Part shown: piece after piece, positions 12,045-25,508 of the stretch
Position numbering within the stretch: the first letter of the stretch is position 1
Layout of the letters: each line of letters starts with the position of its first letter
From: Hemiscyllium ocellatum
Taxonomy: Eukaryota
Assembly (NCBI RefSeq): GCF_020745735.1
Contig: NC_083434.1
Span: forward strand, 40,607,966 to 40,671,965
DNA length: 64,000 nt
Direction: 5' to 3'
Made by a program: the position numbers and the translations under genes
Notes under the pieces: model-generated
What the model saw: the letters and a program-made list of their open reading frames with translations, nothing else
What the model was told of the DNA's origin: nothing
The model's database searches: none

Positions 12045-12406
12045 CCCACTTCTAAATCACAAGATTCAACATTTGAGTCCCACTCTCGGACTTAAGTACA
12101 AAATTGAGATTGTGCACCATTGTGATACTGAGGGAGTAGAGCTGCCTTTTCAATCAATCAGTCTCCTTTCTCTGTTCAGATTAATTTAAAAGATCCCATG
12201 ACACCACGGTGAAGAGCAGGATTTAATATTTATCCTTCACTCGACATCACAATAAAATAAGCTATCTGCTCGTTATCACATTCATGTTGATGGAGTTTTT
12301 TTGTGTGCAAATTGGCTGCCTACATTATGTCATTGACTGGACCTCATTGGCTGTAGTGCACTTTGAGAGATCGGGCAAGGTGCTACATAAATGCAAGTTG
12401 TTGTTT
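12045..12406 (+). mobile_element. Deu-domain SINE (SacSINE1/AmnSINE-like), old; tail fragment also at ~130-197
   Basis: actgagggagt...aaaagatcccatg...gaagagcagg...aatatttatcc...tgtgtgcaaattggctgcc...cattggctgta...gctacataaatgcaagt matches the Deu core and tail as recalled. Confidence 0.65.
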
Positions 12407-12999
12407 ATTTTTCTGGAGGAGGACATTTAAACTAAGGATTTTAAATACAAAATAATTACTAATAAAATATAAAACAGGATGCACCAAAAAAAAGTCTAAA
12501 CTAAAACAAAGAACTGCGGATAGTGGAGATCTGAAACAAAACAGAAATTGCAAGCAAAACTCATCAGGTTTTAGAAAGCAGATTAAACATTTCAAGTCAG
12601 GTGACTCTTCATCAGAATTGTTCATAAGAAACTCCTTTACCCAGAAAGATGAAAGTATGGAATGCACTATCACACAGAGGGGAATAATATTGATGCATGT
12701 AAGGAGAAGCTAGGTAAGCACATGAAGATTTTTGTGGATATGAAACAGGAAAATAAAGGACTGGGAGCAGGGAATCTTTTGTTGTGTGGATTCAGATCAA
12801 TGAATTGGGTTCAAGACAAACTGGTCAAAGCAAAGGCAAGATCACAAACTATATTCAAATTTGGGGCTCTTTATAACACTTTACATCTTAAAACACATGG
12901 AATTCAGAGAAGTACCAGGCTCAAGTCTTACTGTTACGTCATTGAAAGATTATTCCATAATTTCTACTGCCTTAAGTTAGTTGGTGTATTAAATGTGCT

Positions 13000-13059
13000 A
13001 GTTGGGAGAGCGTTAGACTGAAGACCTAAAGATCCCTGATTCAATCTCAGGCTTTGGCA
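13000..13059 (+). pseudogene. 5'-truncated tRNA-Phe(GAA) pseudogene
   Basis: AGTTGGGAGAGCGTTAGACTGAAGACCTAAAGATCCCTGATTCAATCTCAGGCTTTGGCA matches vertebrate tRNA-Phe from the D-arm onward; the 5' acceptor strand is missing. Confidence 0.8.
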
Positions 13060-15855
13060 GAATAAGCAGGTCTTTTCCGTTTCAGTCTTAGGGTAGGATT
13101 AGGATATTGAGCTTGATGATCAGTCATGATTGTAATGAATGACAGTGCAGGCTCAAGGAGTTAAATAGCTTATTCCTCCTTCTTTGTGTGATTTTCTCTC
13201 TTCTTTTTCTTAAATCCACCCACACCTTGGCTATTTATGTCCAAAGAGGAGCACCTCCATGATACAGAATCCCTACAATATGGAAACAGGTCATTTAGCA
13301 CAACAAGTCCACACCAACCCTTGGAAAAGCATCACACCCATTCCTGTCCCCCTATCCTCTCCCTGTATTTCCCATGGCTTACCCACCTAGCCTGCACATC
13401 CCTGAACACGATGGGGAATTTAGCATTCCACATAACTTGCACATCTTTGAACTATGGGAGAAAACCAGAGCACCCGGCAGAAAGCCACACAGACACAAGG
13501 AGAATGTGCAAACTCCACACAAAGGGTGGAATCAAACCCAGGCCTCTGGCGCTGTAAGGCAGCACTGCTAACCACTGAGCCACTGTGTCACCTATAACAA
13601 TATCGTCACAATATAGCTCCAGGATCCTAAAGCTCTTAAACAACAGGAATGCAAAGCATTTTTTTTTTAAATTGTGTATTTGCTGATAAGGTTACTCAAG
13701 CTACAAAGAAAATGTGAATGAACTCAGTATTCAGTATTCTTGCCGTAAAGAAAATGTATTTAATCCAAGTGCTCTCTAATGCTGCCTCCTCAATCCAGAT
13801 CTAGGTTTCAATCCAGCCAAGTTCAACATGAACAGAACTCCTTGCTGATTCCATTTTAGCTTCTGAAGTGAATTTGCCTCGTTCAATCCAATTCCCAGTA
13901 AGTACAATTCACAATGTCAAATGTCTATAATTTGGCATTACAGTACTTTTTAACACAGAAAACTTTTAAATATTTCTACTAAGTTCAAAGTTTTCAGTTG
14001 ACTGATGTTTGACCTGAATATGTGTGGCCACACTTGTGAATTCTGAACATCACCAATGAAAGTTCAGAAATTGCAAACGGTGCAACACAAGCGCCCCCAG
14101 GAGGTATAATGGAGAAATTACAGAATGACCTGTACATGAGCTTGAGGTAGAGAATTGCACTGCCTTAATGCTGGAAACATACAGATAAAAAACAACCTGC
14201 AAAAACACCCGTGGTGATCCACACTGAAAATAACCTGTTTTATTTCTCTGTAATGAGATTGCCTCTATTACATGTCTGATTCCATAATTAGCTTCAACCT
14301 GTTTACTCAGACTAAATTCCACACACTGTAACCTCATACTACACCTTGTTCATCACCAAGACACCTTCCTACTGATGTGAAAGAATTCAGGGAGGGAGCC
14401 AGAGGGGCAGTGAAATCAGCCTCCCATCATACACCATTGAAGTTGAAAGGAAGATTGGATATATGATATGATCATTTCTATAATGCCTATTTACCACAAA
14501 GCATAACATTAAATCACATCTGCAGTTTTTTCTCGTGAGACTGTTATGATCCCAGCTGATGGTACTACTGGACAAGTCAAATCCCAGAATAAAATCTGGC
14601 TTGGTAGGGCATATTTTGTTTTATTTTAGTTATCAGGATGTTCAGTTGCTGAAACATAGTCACAGAGGGCTGCAGAGTTTCTCCGACAACAGAACAGAGG
14701 CTTATTACACAAAAGAAGAAATAAAAGCCAATAAAACAAAAAAAAAACGAAATAAGAGCCAAACTATCTAAATATTGAACACAGTTTTTAAAAATCCTAA
14801 AACACTGAGCAAAAAAGTTTTTATCTATTTTCCAAGAGCACTGATTAAAAATTCAAATCCAGAAAAAAGCCCATTCTGTTTTTCAACTCTTTATTGTCCT
14901 ATTTAACTGACTCTGAGGTGTATTTTGTGTGGTGTATTTTTGGGAACAATTAGAGGAGCTTTTTCCAAATCTGCCAACATGAATGTTTCCACATCTCCAA
15001 GATCTGCAATGGGTGCAAGTTGCTGTTGGGACACAATCTCCTAACGAAGATGGAATATCTTACCTACATCATGTAGCAATAGTTAAAATGTCCCAAGAGT
15101 CATTGTAACATGTACTCCATAATGAATGCATAATGAACCATCTTCTGGTATAACGGCAAGTGTTTCTGCTGCTTGGAATTACTCATGGCCCATCTTCCAC
15201 CACAGACTGCTGCACAGCCTCGAAGACTCTCATGGGGTAGGAACACTCTATCCCACTCAAAAGCCACCAGCAGTCTGTACACAGAGTAACCTGAAAGTCA
15301 CATGCTGGTGACAATGATGAGCATGATAACATCATATTATAATGCATAGATCAGGTCTCTGAGCTAACCAGTCCACACTAGTATTTATCTGCCTGTGCTG
15401 CTGCCTTTGCACTTTGTAGTAAGTATTTTTATTCAGATGTGTTATGACACACCTCTGGAGTAGATGGGACTTGAACCAAAACCTCCAAACTCAAAGGTTG
15501 GGATATTACCATTGTGTCATAAAGTAAAGGCATCACAGTCCTGCATTCTCATTGGAGACAGATAACTAGCGATGGAATAACCTGAGGTTCACTGTGTCTC
15601 ATACTGACAGGCAAGTTTGAGAAGATGTATCCTTTATGAAACATCAGCTGATGCAGGAAGTGAACCTATGCTGTTGGCTGTCTGTTCTACACTGAAAACC
15701 AGCTTTCCAGCCACCTGAGCCAATTGATCTCTATGTATAATGTTCTATAGTGCCTGAGCACCTTTTCTTACACTGCTCTCTCTGCTATCATCTCTGAAGG
15801 TGTAAATAAAGTAACTGAATAAGAACTATCCGTAGCTGAACATGTATTAGTCTTC

Positions 15856-16140
15856 ACGGTGGCACAGTGGTTAGCACTGCTGCCTCACAGCGCCAGAGAC
15901 CCGGGTTCAATTCCCGACTCAGGCGACTGACTGTGTGGAGTTTGCACGTTCTCCCCGTGTCTGTGTGGGTTTCCTCTCACAGTCCAAAGATGGGCAGGTC
16001 AGGTGAATTGGCCACACTAAATTGCCCGTAGTGTTAGGTAAAGGGGTAAATGTAGGGGAATGGGTGGGTTGCCCTTTGGCGGGTCGGTGTGGATTTGTTG
16101 GCCCGAAGGGCCTGTTTCCACACTGTAAGTAATCTAATCT
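15856..16140 (+). mobile_element. HE1-type V-SINE
   Basis: Near-identical to 31231-31546, with an internal deletion. Confidence 0.88.
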
Positions 16141-18179
16141 ACTCAGAGTCATACAGCACAAAAACAGAGATCCTTCGGTCCAACCCATCTATCCTGACTC
16201 AGTTTGCCAAAGTAAACCTTGTTTGCGTTTGGCCCGTCTCCATCCAAACGTTTTCTGTTCTGTACCTGTCCAAATGCCTTTTAAATGTGTAAACATACCT
16301 GCGTCTACCATATCCTTTGACCGTTCAATTACATACGAACCACCTTCTGTGTGAAAAGGTTGTCCCTCAGGTCCCTTTCAAATCTTTCTCCTCTCACCTT
16401 CAAAATGTGCCTCCTAATTTTGAACTCCCCCACCCTAGTGAAAGACCTTTGCCATTCACCTTTTTCAATGCCGCTCATGATTTTATAAACCTCAGTCAGG
16501 TCGCCCCTCCACCTCCTATGCTCCAGGGAAAAAAAGTCCCAGCCTGTCCAGCCTCAGTTTATAACTCAAACCCTCCATTCCCGGCAACATCCTGGTAATT
16601 CTTTTCTGAGCCCTCTCCAGTTTAATAATATCCTTCCTATTACAGAACAACCAGAATTGTACATGGTATTTTAAAAGTCAATATAATGCACAACAGGAAA
16701 GTGGCAACAAGGTTTCATTTGAGAAATCGTAGACTGAAGAACATTGTGCCTCACATTTTTGGATCTCCTAAAGATGACTTTGAGGAGGGTTAAGCAATTT
16801 GAAAGATTGCTCAGAGACCACATTGTATTCAGGTACACAGTAAGTCTGCACAGTATGTAATTGAAGAATAGTACAGAAGATATAGTTGAGGACAATAGGA
16901 GAATTCAACTATAACAAAGTGGGCTGGAGTGGTTATGAATGAAGATTAAACATTTAGCTGAAAATGAATAAAATAGGAGATGGTCCTCAACAGGACAGTC
17001 CAAATGTTTTAGAGATGTTGTTTAAGCAACATTCCTAGAATCCCTATACACTATGGAAAGAGGCCATTCAGGCCCATCTGGTCTGCACCAACCCTCCTGC
17101 CCAATCCCTGTAACCCTGCATTTCCCATGGCTAATCCACCTAGTCTGCACATCCCTGAACACCACAGCCAATTTAGCATAGTTAATCCACCTAACCTGCA
17201 CATCCTGGACACTACGATCAATTTAGCATGGTCAATCCACCTAACCTGCACATCTTTGGATTGTGGGAGGAAATCGGAGCAGCCAGCAAGGGGCCCACGT
17301 ACAGAACATCCAACCACCACATAGACAGTAACCCAAAACTAGATTCGAACCTTGGTCCCTAGAATTGTGAGGCAGCAGTGCTAACCGCTGAGCCACATAC
17401 CACCCAATACAATAGGTGAGATATCCCAGTAGCATAGACTATTTTAAAATTAATGAGGTTCAAAATTCATACTATGGCATGTCTGGGTGTCTTATTCTGT
17501 GAGAAGAAACAGTCACAAAGTGAGACTACTACAGATTACATTCTCGAGTTAAAGAAACTGTCTCATCAATGAGGCTGTGGTGTGAATCTAGACAATCAAC
17601 TCTGGAGTTATGTTCATAGGAGGTCTAAAGAACAGTAAAATCTAGTCCTGGGTTTTGAGCAAAGGCAATAAACTGAAATGGAAGGAGGCTTCTGATGAAG
17701 CTGCAGCCAGAATATTGTCAGAAAGAGAAAGCTGCGAGGGAATACTCTGTCTATGCTAGTCATGAGGCATTTTTCAAGAGTTTAGTGTCGGTGACAAGGT
17801 CATAGTGAAAAGCCGCCGAAGTGATGAGGAGAATAATGAGATTAGCGTTGTTGTAAAGACATTGGGTACATTCACATATAGGAAATATACTACTTTTGAT
17901 CAGGAGCAGGTCATTCATGCCTTAAGGCCTGCTCCACCATTTGATTACATCATGCCTGCCTGATCGGATTGTGGTTTCAACACTTTGCCGGACCCAACAT
18001 CCCCATAAACCTTGTCTCCCTTGTCTATCAAAAACCTAATTAGCTTAAACTTGAATAAATTCAATGACTCAGCTTCCATCAGGTGGAAATTTCCTTCACT
18101 TGTTAGCCAAGCAAAAGCAGACAGGCTATAAAAATACAGAGAAGATTGGATCCTTAGCATCTTTAGTATCCTTAGTATC

Positions 18180-18545
18180 CTTACAGATAGGGAAGGACAC
18201 CACTTCAACTGGGAAAACACATCCAACCTAGGACAAGCCAAACAGAGACATGCACAAGAATTCCTAGAAGCATGGTATTCCAATCGGAACTCTATCAAAC
18301 AAATACATTGAGTTAGACCCCGTCTATGACTCCCTGAGAAAAAGAACAGGAAATAACATCACCAACCCAAAGTACCCCACACATATAAATAGAAAGCAGG
18401 AATCATCAGCAGTGCTTCGCCCGGAGGCCCACTGAAGATGTTACCTAGTAGGATGACGAAACATCTGGAAATGAACCTTCCAGCTCAGCGAGCAAACCTA
18501 CATCCAGAACCTCAACCTGAGCTACAAATCTTCTCAAAACTCACG
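18180..18545 (+). mobile_element. 3' end of a second Penelope family (GIY-YIG C-terminus + 3' pLTR)
   Basis: Encodes EGHHFNWENTSNLGQAKQRHAQEFLEAWYSNRNSI, a typical PLE endonuclease tail, followed by a hammerhead motif. Confidence 0.8.
18429..18468 (+). ncRNA. Minimal hammerhead motif, second PLE family
   Basis: CCA-CUGAAGA-U-GUUACCUAGUAGGAUGAC-GAAA-CA-UC-UGG: stem I CCA/UGG, stem II GUUA/UGAC; CG to CA decay in the stem III palindrome. Confidence 0.6.
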
Positions 18546-19687
18546 AAGAAGATTGGAGGAAAACTTTGTCAGTGTTGCGTAAATAATACCCTTGAAAGAG
18601 GAAATCTGACAAAGAGAGACCGTAAGAAACATCCTATGTCCAAATTCCCTCTATAGTGCCAAATGAAAGTTAAAATAAAATTGCAGTCATAAGGAAACGC
18701 AAAGATTGACGGTGTCACAGGATTCATTGGTTGAGCAAAATGATGAAGACAAATTAACATAAGCCCAAACATTAAGTAGAGCTGATAATCAAAGTCATTT
18801 TTCATTGTTACCAATTTTATTAAACCTATATGGCTGGTTACCAATTCACTTCTGTCACTGGAAACAGTTTCTACTTGGTTATTCTGTCAAATGTTCATTA
18901 CGTTAAAAAAAATTAACATCAAAAATCAAAGAGAACCTGGCTGAATTATGCAAGGAACGTGATTGAGTTGGTGTTTCAAAGCAAAAGGACCTTTTGTTCT
19001 AAATCCAAAATCAGTTAATAAAAACCTGACACAACATTGCTGGAAAAGCTCAGCAGGTCTAGCAGCATCTGTGGAGAGAAATCAGAATTAACATTTCGAG
19101 TTGAGTGACCCTCCCTCAGAACCAGATAAAAACCTGACTGTGTTGTGTTTTTATTTGAAAACAAATTAAATCAATGAAGGGTTTGGGTCAACATTCTTCA
19201 GACAGAAATAGGACAAGCTAACTTGCAGATAGAATGTATTTGAGCATTTCGTTCCATTACACCGTCAAATTATCAAGCCATCTTTATTCTCTGGTGATAT
19301 TCAGGAACTAAAATCAGACAAAGATCCCAAATTAGCAAGTTGTTCTGAAAATGTTGTGGACCCCCCTAGGTAGCTGACATATTGAAATGATTTGTAAAAT
19401 AAATATCAGACCAGAGTTTAATTATTTTAAAAAATTAACTAAGAACCTATGCAAATATGAGATTTATTAATTTGAAAGCTGGAGGTTTAGAGGGGATTTG
19501 AGGACAGACCTTTTCACCCAGAGGATGATGGGGGTCTGCAATGCATTGTCTGGGAGGGAGTTGAGGTGGGAAACCTCAAAACTTGTAAATAGTACTTGGA
19601 TGAACACATGAAATGCCATAACATCCAAAACTATGGGCCAAAGACAGGAAAGTGGGACTACTGTAGGTAGTGGTGTATTTTTGGCTA

Positions 19688-19815
19688 TGAGAAAGTGAGG
19701 ACTGCAGATGCTGGTGATCAAAGTCGAAAAGTATGGCGCTGGAAAAGCACAGCCGGTCAGGCAGCATCCGATGAGCAGGAGAGTCGAATTTTCGGACATA
19801 AGCCCTTCATCAGGT
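19688..19815 (-). mobile_element. Solo Penelope pLTR (similar solos at ~40257-40385, 47301-47420, 54159-54290)
   Basis: gagaaagtgaggactgcagatgctgg...gcagcatcc...cccttcatcagg family sequence. Confidence 0.8.
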
Positions 19816-22800
19816 TGAAGGGCCTCTTTTGTACTGTGTGACTCGATGATTCTTGAACTGAATTTTCACCACTGTTATCTCCCCTCTGAAAATCATTCCA
19901 CAGAGTCTATTGATCTCAACAAAATTTAACTTCAAGAACATTGTTATGCTAGGCACAAATCACTTACTTAAAACAAAGCTGGATCACAAATGTTTGTGGG
20001 AACATTACAACAGCAAAGGACTTAACATATTTACAACCAAAGACTTGAGAACTTCCTACTCATCAGATCTGCTCAACTATTATCAAGTACTTTAAGCTTC
20101 AATAAAACACAAGCAAAAGCAAAATAATGCAAATGATGGAGATCTATAATAAAACAGAAAGTGCTGGAGAAAATCAGCAATATCTGTGGAGAGAGAAATA
20201 GAGTTAATATTTCCGGTCCAATGTCTCCTCATTGGAAACTTAAAACCCAAAAGGAAGAGAAAAGTTATATTGTTAAATGTTCTTGTTGCACGAGATGAAT
20301 AACAAAAGGAACTGGGGACTGGGATGGTTTTGAGAGAGAATAAGTTGGTGCTGACGAAGAGAGAAGTTGACTGAGGTGTTTGTGGCAGCACGCAGTATTT
20401 AATATGGATCTTGAGATACAGTCCAAGGGGAGACTTATGTCATTGAAACATTTGTTGATGGATGTGAAACACAAAGGGTGGAACTACTGTTCGAATCCAT
20501 ATAGGGGACAGACAGTCACTGAGGACAGAATGAGTTTTAGTTAACACCTTACCAAACACTAGTGCGGTTGGAAGCAATCAAGGTTGAACAAGGTGACAAA
20601 AGACAAATGGAAATCCCAAAACAGAGAAAGACCAAACTTCATGATGGGCATTCCTGGAAAAGAAGTGGCAGTGAATTAAAACCAAAATATTGCAGATGCT
20701 GGAAATATGAAATAAAAACAGAAAGTGCCGGAAAAGTAGGTCCGGCGACATCAATGGAGAGAGAAATAGAGTTAATGTTTCGAGTCCAGCATAACTTGTT
20801 CAGAATCCCTTCGTTTTTGGGAAATATTTTTATTGAGAAAAAGGTTTAAATTTTTTTGCAAAATTACAAAATCACTACAAAACAGTATAACAATCTTTTA
20901 ATATAACAACAATAACAGTAAACAAACTACTACTCTGCTCCACAAACCACTGAGGAGAGGAAAAAAAACCTATGAAAACTACAATTCAATTAAAAAAACT
21001 ATATCGTGAGGAAGTCCAAGTTGATGTGCTCCATAACGAATCTACGCCACTCCGAGAGTCCCGGGGATCCTCTGATACCCAGCTCATTAAATTGTTCTTC
21101 CTTGCACAGAATGGAAGAATATTAAACAGTCTCTTCCTATGCACGCCCAAAAAAGGGAGATTTGACAAACCCAAGAGGAGGGACACTGGATCCACCTTGA
21201 CCTCAGTTCCCAAAGCCCCTTCCAAAACCCTCACTATAGTGCCCCAATAATTACGAAGCTTGTGGCATGACCACAAGCAATGAGTAAGAGTGCCAACATC
21301 TGTTTTACATTTGGGGCACAGTGGGGACGCTCCTACCTTAAATTTCACAAGCTGCTCCGGTGCCAAATAAGCCCCGTGGAGTACCTTCGGTTGCATAACT
21401 TGTGTCCTATTGCAAATTGAAATCTTCCTTACATTCTCCCAAGTTTCCCCTGATAATATCTCCACCCCCAATACTTGAGTCCAGATTCCACACAGCTGCT
21501 CAATGACTTTGAGACACTACGTCCTAATAAATAGTAGAGAGTGCTACCGAGAGAGTACCCGTGGACTGAAGTACTCTCCTCTCCATATCTGACTTATAGG
21601 GACTAGCCATTAATGTAGTCTTTTTCTGTATGAAGTCCCCAATCTGAAAGTAATGAAAGAGGTCCCTCCTAGATAATTCATATTTCTGGATCAGCTGCTT
21701 GAAAGACATCATGACCTCCCCATCAAATAAATCTCCAAACAGGAGACTCCTTTAAACTCCCACAACCTAAAGCCAGAATCCATCAGTTCTGGTTGGAACC
21801 CTAACACTCCTACTTTGGGAGTAAAAAGGAAATTTTTTTGTTCATTGCCCTCACTTTGTTGCATTAACCGTGTTAAGGACAATCGGATTTCTGCAATGGT
21901 CCATAACAGTCCTCAACTTGTCCATCAACAACAGATTAATGAGGGGACATTTTACCTGGGAGGCCTTGATGTCCAGTCTGATTGACCACAGGTCCTGGCC
22001 AGCCCAATCAGCCACATAGGATAGTAGGGAACTCAATTGATATTTCTTAACATCTGGGAAATCCACACCTCCCATCCCCTGCCAAAGCTGCAATTTGACA
22101 AGCTTAATAAGAGGCCGTCTATGATGCCAGATGAAAGAACTGAGCCAATGGTTAAGCCTCCGTAGTGCTGTGCCTAGGCAACAAAGGGAGCATTATCATG
22201 GGATACAATAAACGAGGAAGAATATTCATTTTGACCAGAGCTATTCTACCCAACCAGGATATTGGAAGATTCTCCCGGCAACAAATGTCCTGTCTTTTCT
22301 TCTCTAGCAACTGCACAAAGTTAGCTTTATATAATTGATCAAAGGCTGGGGTGGTAAAAATGCCTAAATACAGGAAACTGCCCTGTGACCACCCGAAAGG
22401 AAATGGGATTCCACCCCCAAGATCGGATATTCTAATAAGGTCCACCCCCCCAAAAGCATGGCCTCCGACTTCATGAAATTGACTCTATACCCCGAGAATG
22501 ACCCAAATAGATTAATCATTTGTATTAAATGGAGCATAGGTATCATTGGATCAGTTAAAAAGAGAAGAACATCATCTGCCTCCAGGGCAATTATATTGGT
22601 GTCCCTGCAGATGGCCTCTGCCAATGGCTCAATTACCAATATAAATAGTAACGGTGAAAGGGGCACCCTTGTAGGCTACCTCTACCAATATTAAAATTGT
22701 CAGACCGTATTCCATTAGTGAGAACCACTGCTTTAGGGTCACAATATAACACTGCCATCCATCTGGCAAAAACCCCTCCAAGACCAAACTGTTCCAGGAC

Positions 22801-23217
22801 ATAAAAGAAGTACGGCTACTCCAGCCAGTCAAACACTTTCGCTGCGTCCAGGGAGACTACCAAGCCCGGAATCAACCCTTGCTGGCATACCTAAACCACG
22901 TTTAATACTTTTCTAATATTATTAGTAGACCTACGACCCTTAGTAAAACCTGTCTGGTCCTCCTTTACAATGAAAGGCAAAACCCTCTCCAAGCTCAATG
23001 TCAGCATTTTCAACAAAATTTTAAAATTCACATCCAATAACGATATGGGCCTTGTAGAAGTACAATCCTCTGGGGCTTTCCCTTTTGAGACCAAGGGAAA
23101 TATTTGCTTCTCTCAGAGAGGCTGGGAGGCAGTCCTGACTGTACGAGTATTGTACATATCCAACAGTGGCCCAGCCAGCGTGTCTATAAATTCCTTGTAA
23201 AACCCGCTCTGAAATCC

Positions 23218-23342
23218 TGATGAAAGACTTTTGCCCGAAACGTCGATTTTACTGCTCCTCAGATGCTGCCTGAACTGCTGTGCTTTTCCAGCACCATTCT
23301 AATCTAAACTCTGGTTTCCAGCATCTACAGTCATTGTTTTTA
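23218..23342 (+). mobile_element. Solo Penelope pLTR nested in L1 ORF2
   Basis: TSD CCGCTCTGAAATCC at 23204-23217 and 23343-23356; same sequence family as 438-714 and 61772-61982. Confidence 0.88.
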
Positions 23343-23663
23343 CCGCTCTGAAATCCGTCTGGGCTGGGCACTTGTCCGCTCTGGAACTGCCTCAACGCCT
23401 CCTGTACCTCTTGAATTGTCAGAGGGGCATTCAAAAGAGATGCTTGCTCTGAAGTTACACCTGGAAGGTCCAGGATGTCAAGAAAGGACTCCATCTTCGC
23501 CAATCTGTTCCCACAGCCCCCTGACCAGTACAGCTCACAGTATAACTTCCTAAATGCTGCTTTAATCTTATTAGCATCGCAAGTGAGAGTGCCAGCACTC
23601 TCTCTAATGGATATTGATAGATTGGGGGCACGCTTCTTTCTGGCCAGGTACACCAGATATCTA

Positions 23664-25508
23664 GAGTTGAAAATGTGTTGCTGGAAAAGTGCAGCAGGTC
23701 AGGCAGCATCCAAGGAGCAGAAGAGTTGACGTTTCGGGCATGAGCCCTTCTTCAGGAATGAGGAAAGTGTGCCCAGCAGGCTAAGATAAAAGGTAGGGAG
23801 GAGGGGCATTGGAAATGCGATAGGTGGAAGGAGGTTAAGGTGAGGGTGATCGGCCTGAGTGGGGGTGGGGGCGGACAGGTCAGGAAGAAGATTGCAGGTT
23901 AGGAAGGCGGTGCTGAGTTCGAGGGTTGGGACTGAGACAAGGTGAGGGGGGGGAGGGGAAATGAGGGAACTGGAGAAATCTGAGTTCATCCCTTGTGGTT
24001 GGAGGGTTCCTAGGTGGAAGATGAGGCGCTGTTCCTCCAGCCGTCGTGTGTATATGGTCTGGCAATGGAGGAGTCCAAGGACCTGCATGTCCTTGGTGGA
24101 GTGAGAGGGGGAGTTGAAGTATTGAGCCACGGGGTGGTTGAGTTGGTTGGTCCGGGTGTCCCAGAGGTGTTCTCTGAAACGTTCCGCAAGTAGGCGGCCT
24201 GTCTCCCCAATATAGAGGAGACCACATCGGGTGCAGTGGATGCAGTAAATGATGTGTGTGGAGGTGCAGGTGAAGTTATGGCAGATATAGAAGGATCCCT
24301 TGGGGCCTTGAAGGGAAGTAAGGGGGGAGATGTGGGCGCAAGTTTTGCATTTCTTGCCGTTGCAGGGGAAGGTGCCGGGAGTGGAGGTTGGGTTGGTGGG
24401 GGGTGTGGACCTGACGAGGGAGTCACGGAGGGAATGGTCTTTTCAGAATGCTGATAGGAGAGGGGATGGAAATATATCCCTGGTGGTGGGGTCCGTTTGG
24501 AGGTGGCGGAAATGACGACGGATGATATGATGTATGTGGAGGTTGGTGGGGTGGTAGGTGAGGACCAGTGGGGTTCTGTCCTGGTCGCGATTGGGGGGAC
24601 GGGAAGTGGAGAAGATGTGATGGAGAGTATCATCGATCACGTCTGGGGGGAAATTGTGGTCTTTGAAGAAGGAGGCCATCTGGGTTGTTCGGTATTGGAA
24701 TTGGTCCTCCTGGGAGCAGATGCGGCGGAGACGAAGGAATTGGGAATATGGGATGGCATTTTTACAGGGGCAGGGTGGGAGGAGGTGTAGTCTAGGTAGC
24801 TGTGGGAGTCGGTAGGTTTATAGTAAATGTCCGTGTTGATTTGGTCGCCCGAGATAGAAATGGAGAGGTCTAGGAAGGGGAGGGAGGAGTCTGAGACGGT
24901 CCAGGTAAATTTGAGGTCGGGGTGGAAGGTGCTGGTAAAGTGGATGAACTGTTCAACCTCCTCGTGGGAGCACAAGGCAGCGCCGATACAGTCATCGATG
25001 TAGCGGAGGAAATGTTGGGGGGTGGTGCCAGTGTAGCTGCGGAAGATGGACTGTTCCACATATCCTACGAAGGGGCAGGCATAGCTGGGGCCCATGCGGG
25101 TGCCCATGGCTACTCCTTTGGTTTGGAGGAAGTGGGAGGATTGGAAAGAGAAGTTGTTCAAAGTGAGGATCAGTTCAGTTAGTCGAAGGAGGGCGTCAGT
25201 GGAAGGGTACTGGTTGGTACGGCGGGAAAAGAAGAAGCAGAGGGCTTTGAGTCCTTCGTGATGGGGAATAGAGGTGTACAGGGACTGAATGTCCATGGTG
25301 AAGATAAGGCATTGGGGACTGGGGAAGTGAAAATCATAGAGGAGGTGGAGGGCGTGGGTGGTGTCCCGAATGTAGGTGGGGAGTTCTTGGACTAAGGGGG
25401 ACAGGACCGTGTTGAGGTATGCAGAGGTGAGTTCGGTGGGACAGGAGCAGGCTAAGACAATGGGTCGGCCGGGGCAGTCAGGTTTGTGGATTTTGGGCAG
25501 GAGGTAGA
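23664..25508 (-). mobile_element. 5'-truncated Penelope-like element (RT + GIY-YIG endonuclease + pLTR with hammerhead motif) nested in the L1
   Basis: FYLLPKIHK...PGRPIV, MDIQSLYTSI, GVAMGTRMGPSYA, RYIDD, LPFLD, YYKPTDSHSYL; GIY-YIG IYCIHC...LYIGETGR...RFREH. TSD ACACCAGATATCTA at 23650-23663 and 25509-25522. Confidence 0.93.
23724..23759 (-). ncRNA. Minimal hammerhead motif in the pLTR of the nested Penelope
   Basis: Minus strand AUUC-CUGAAGA-A-GGGC-UCAU-GCCC-GAAA-CG-UC-AACU; core intact, stem I weakened. Confidence 0.65.

Noticed and set aside
13770-13940. Possible LF-SINE-like remnant
   Set aside because: Similarity is too weak to support without an alignment.
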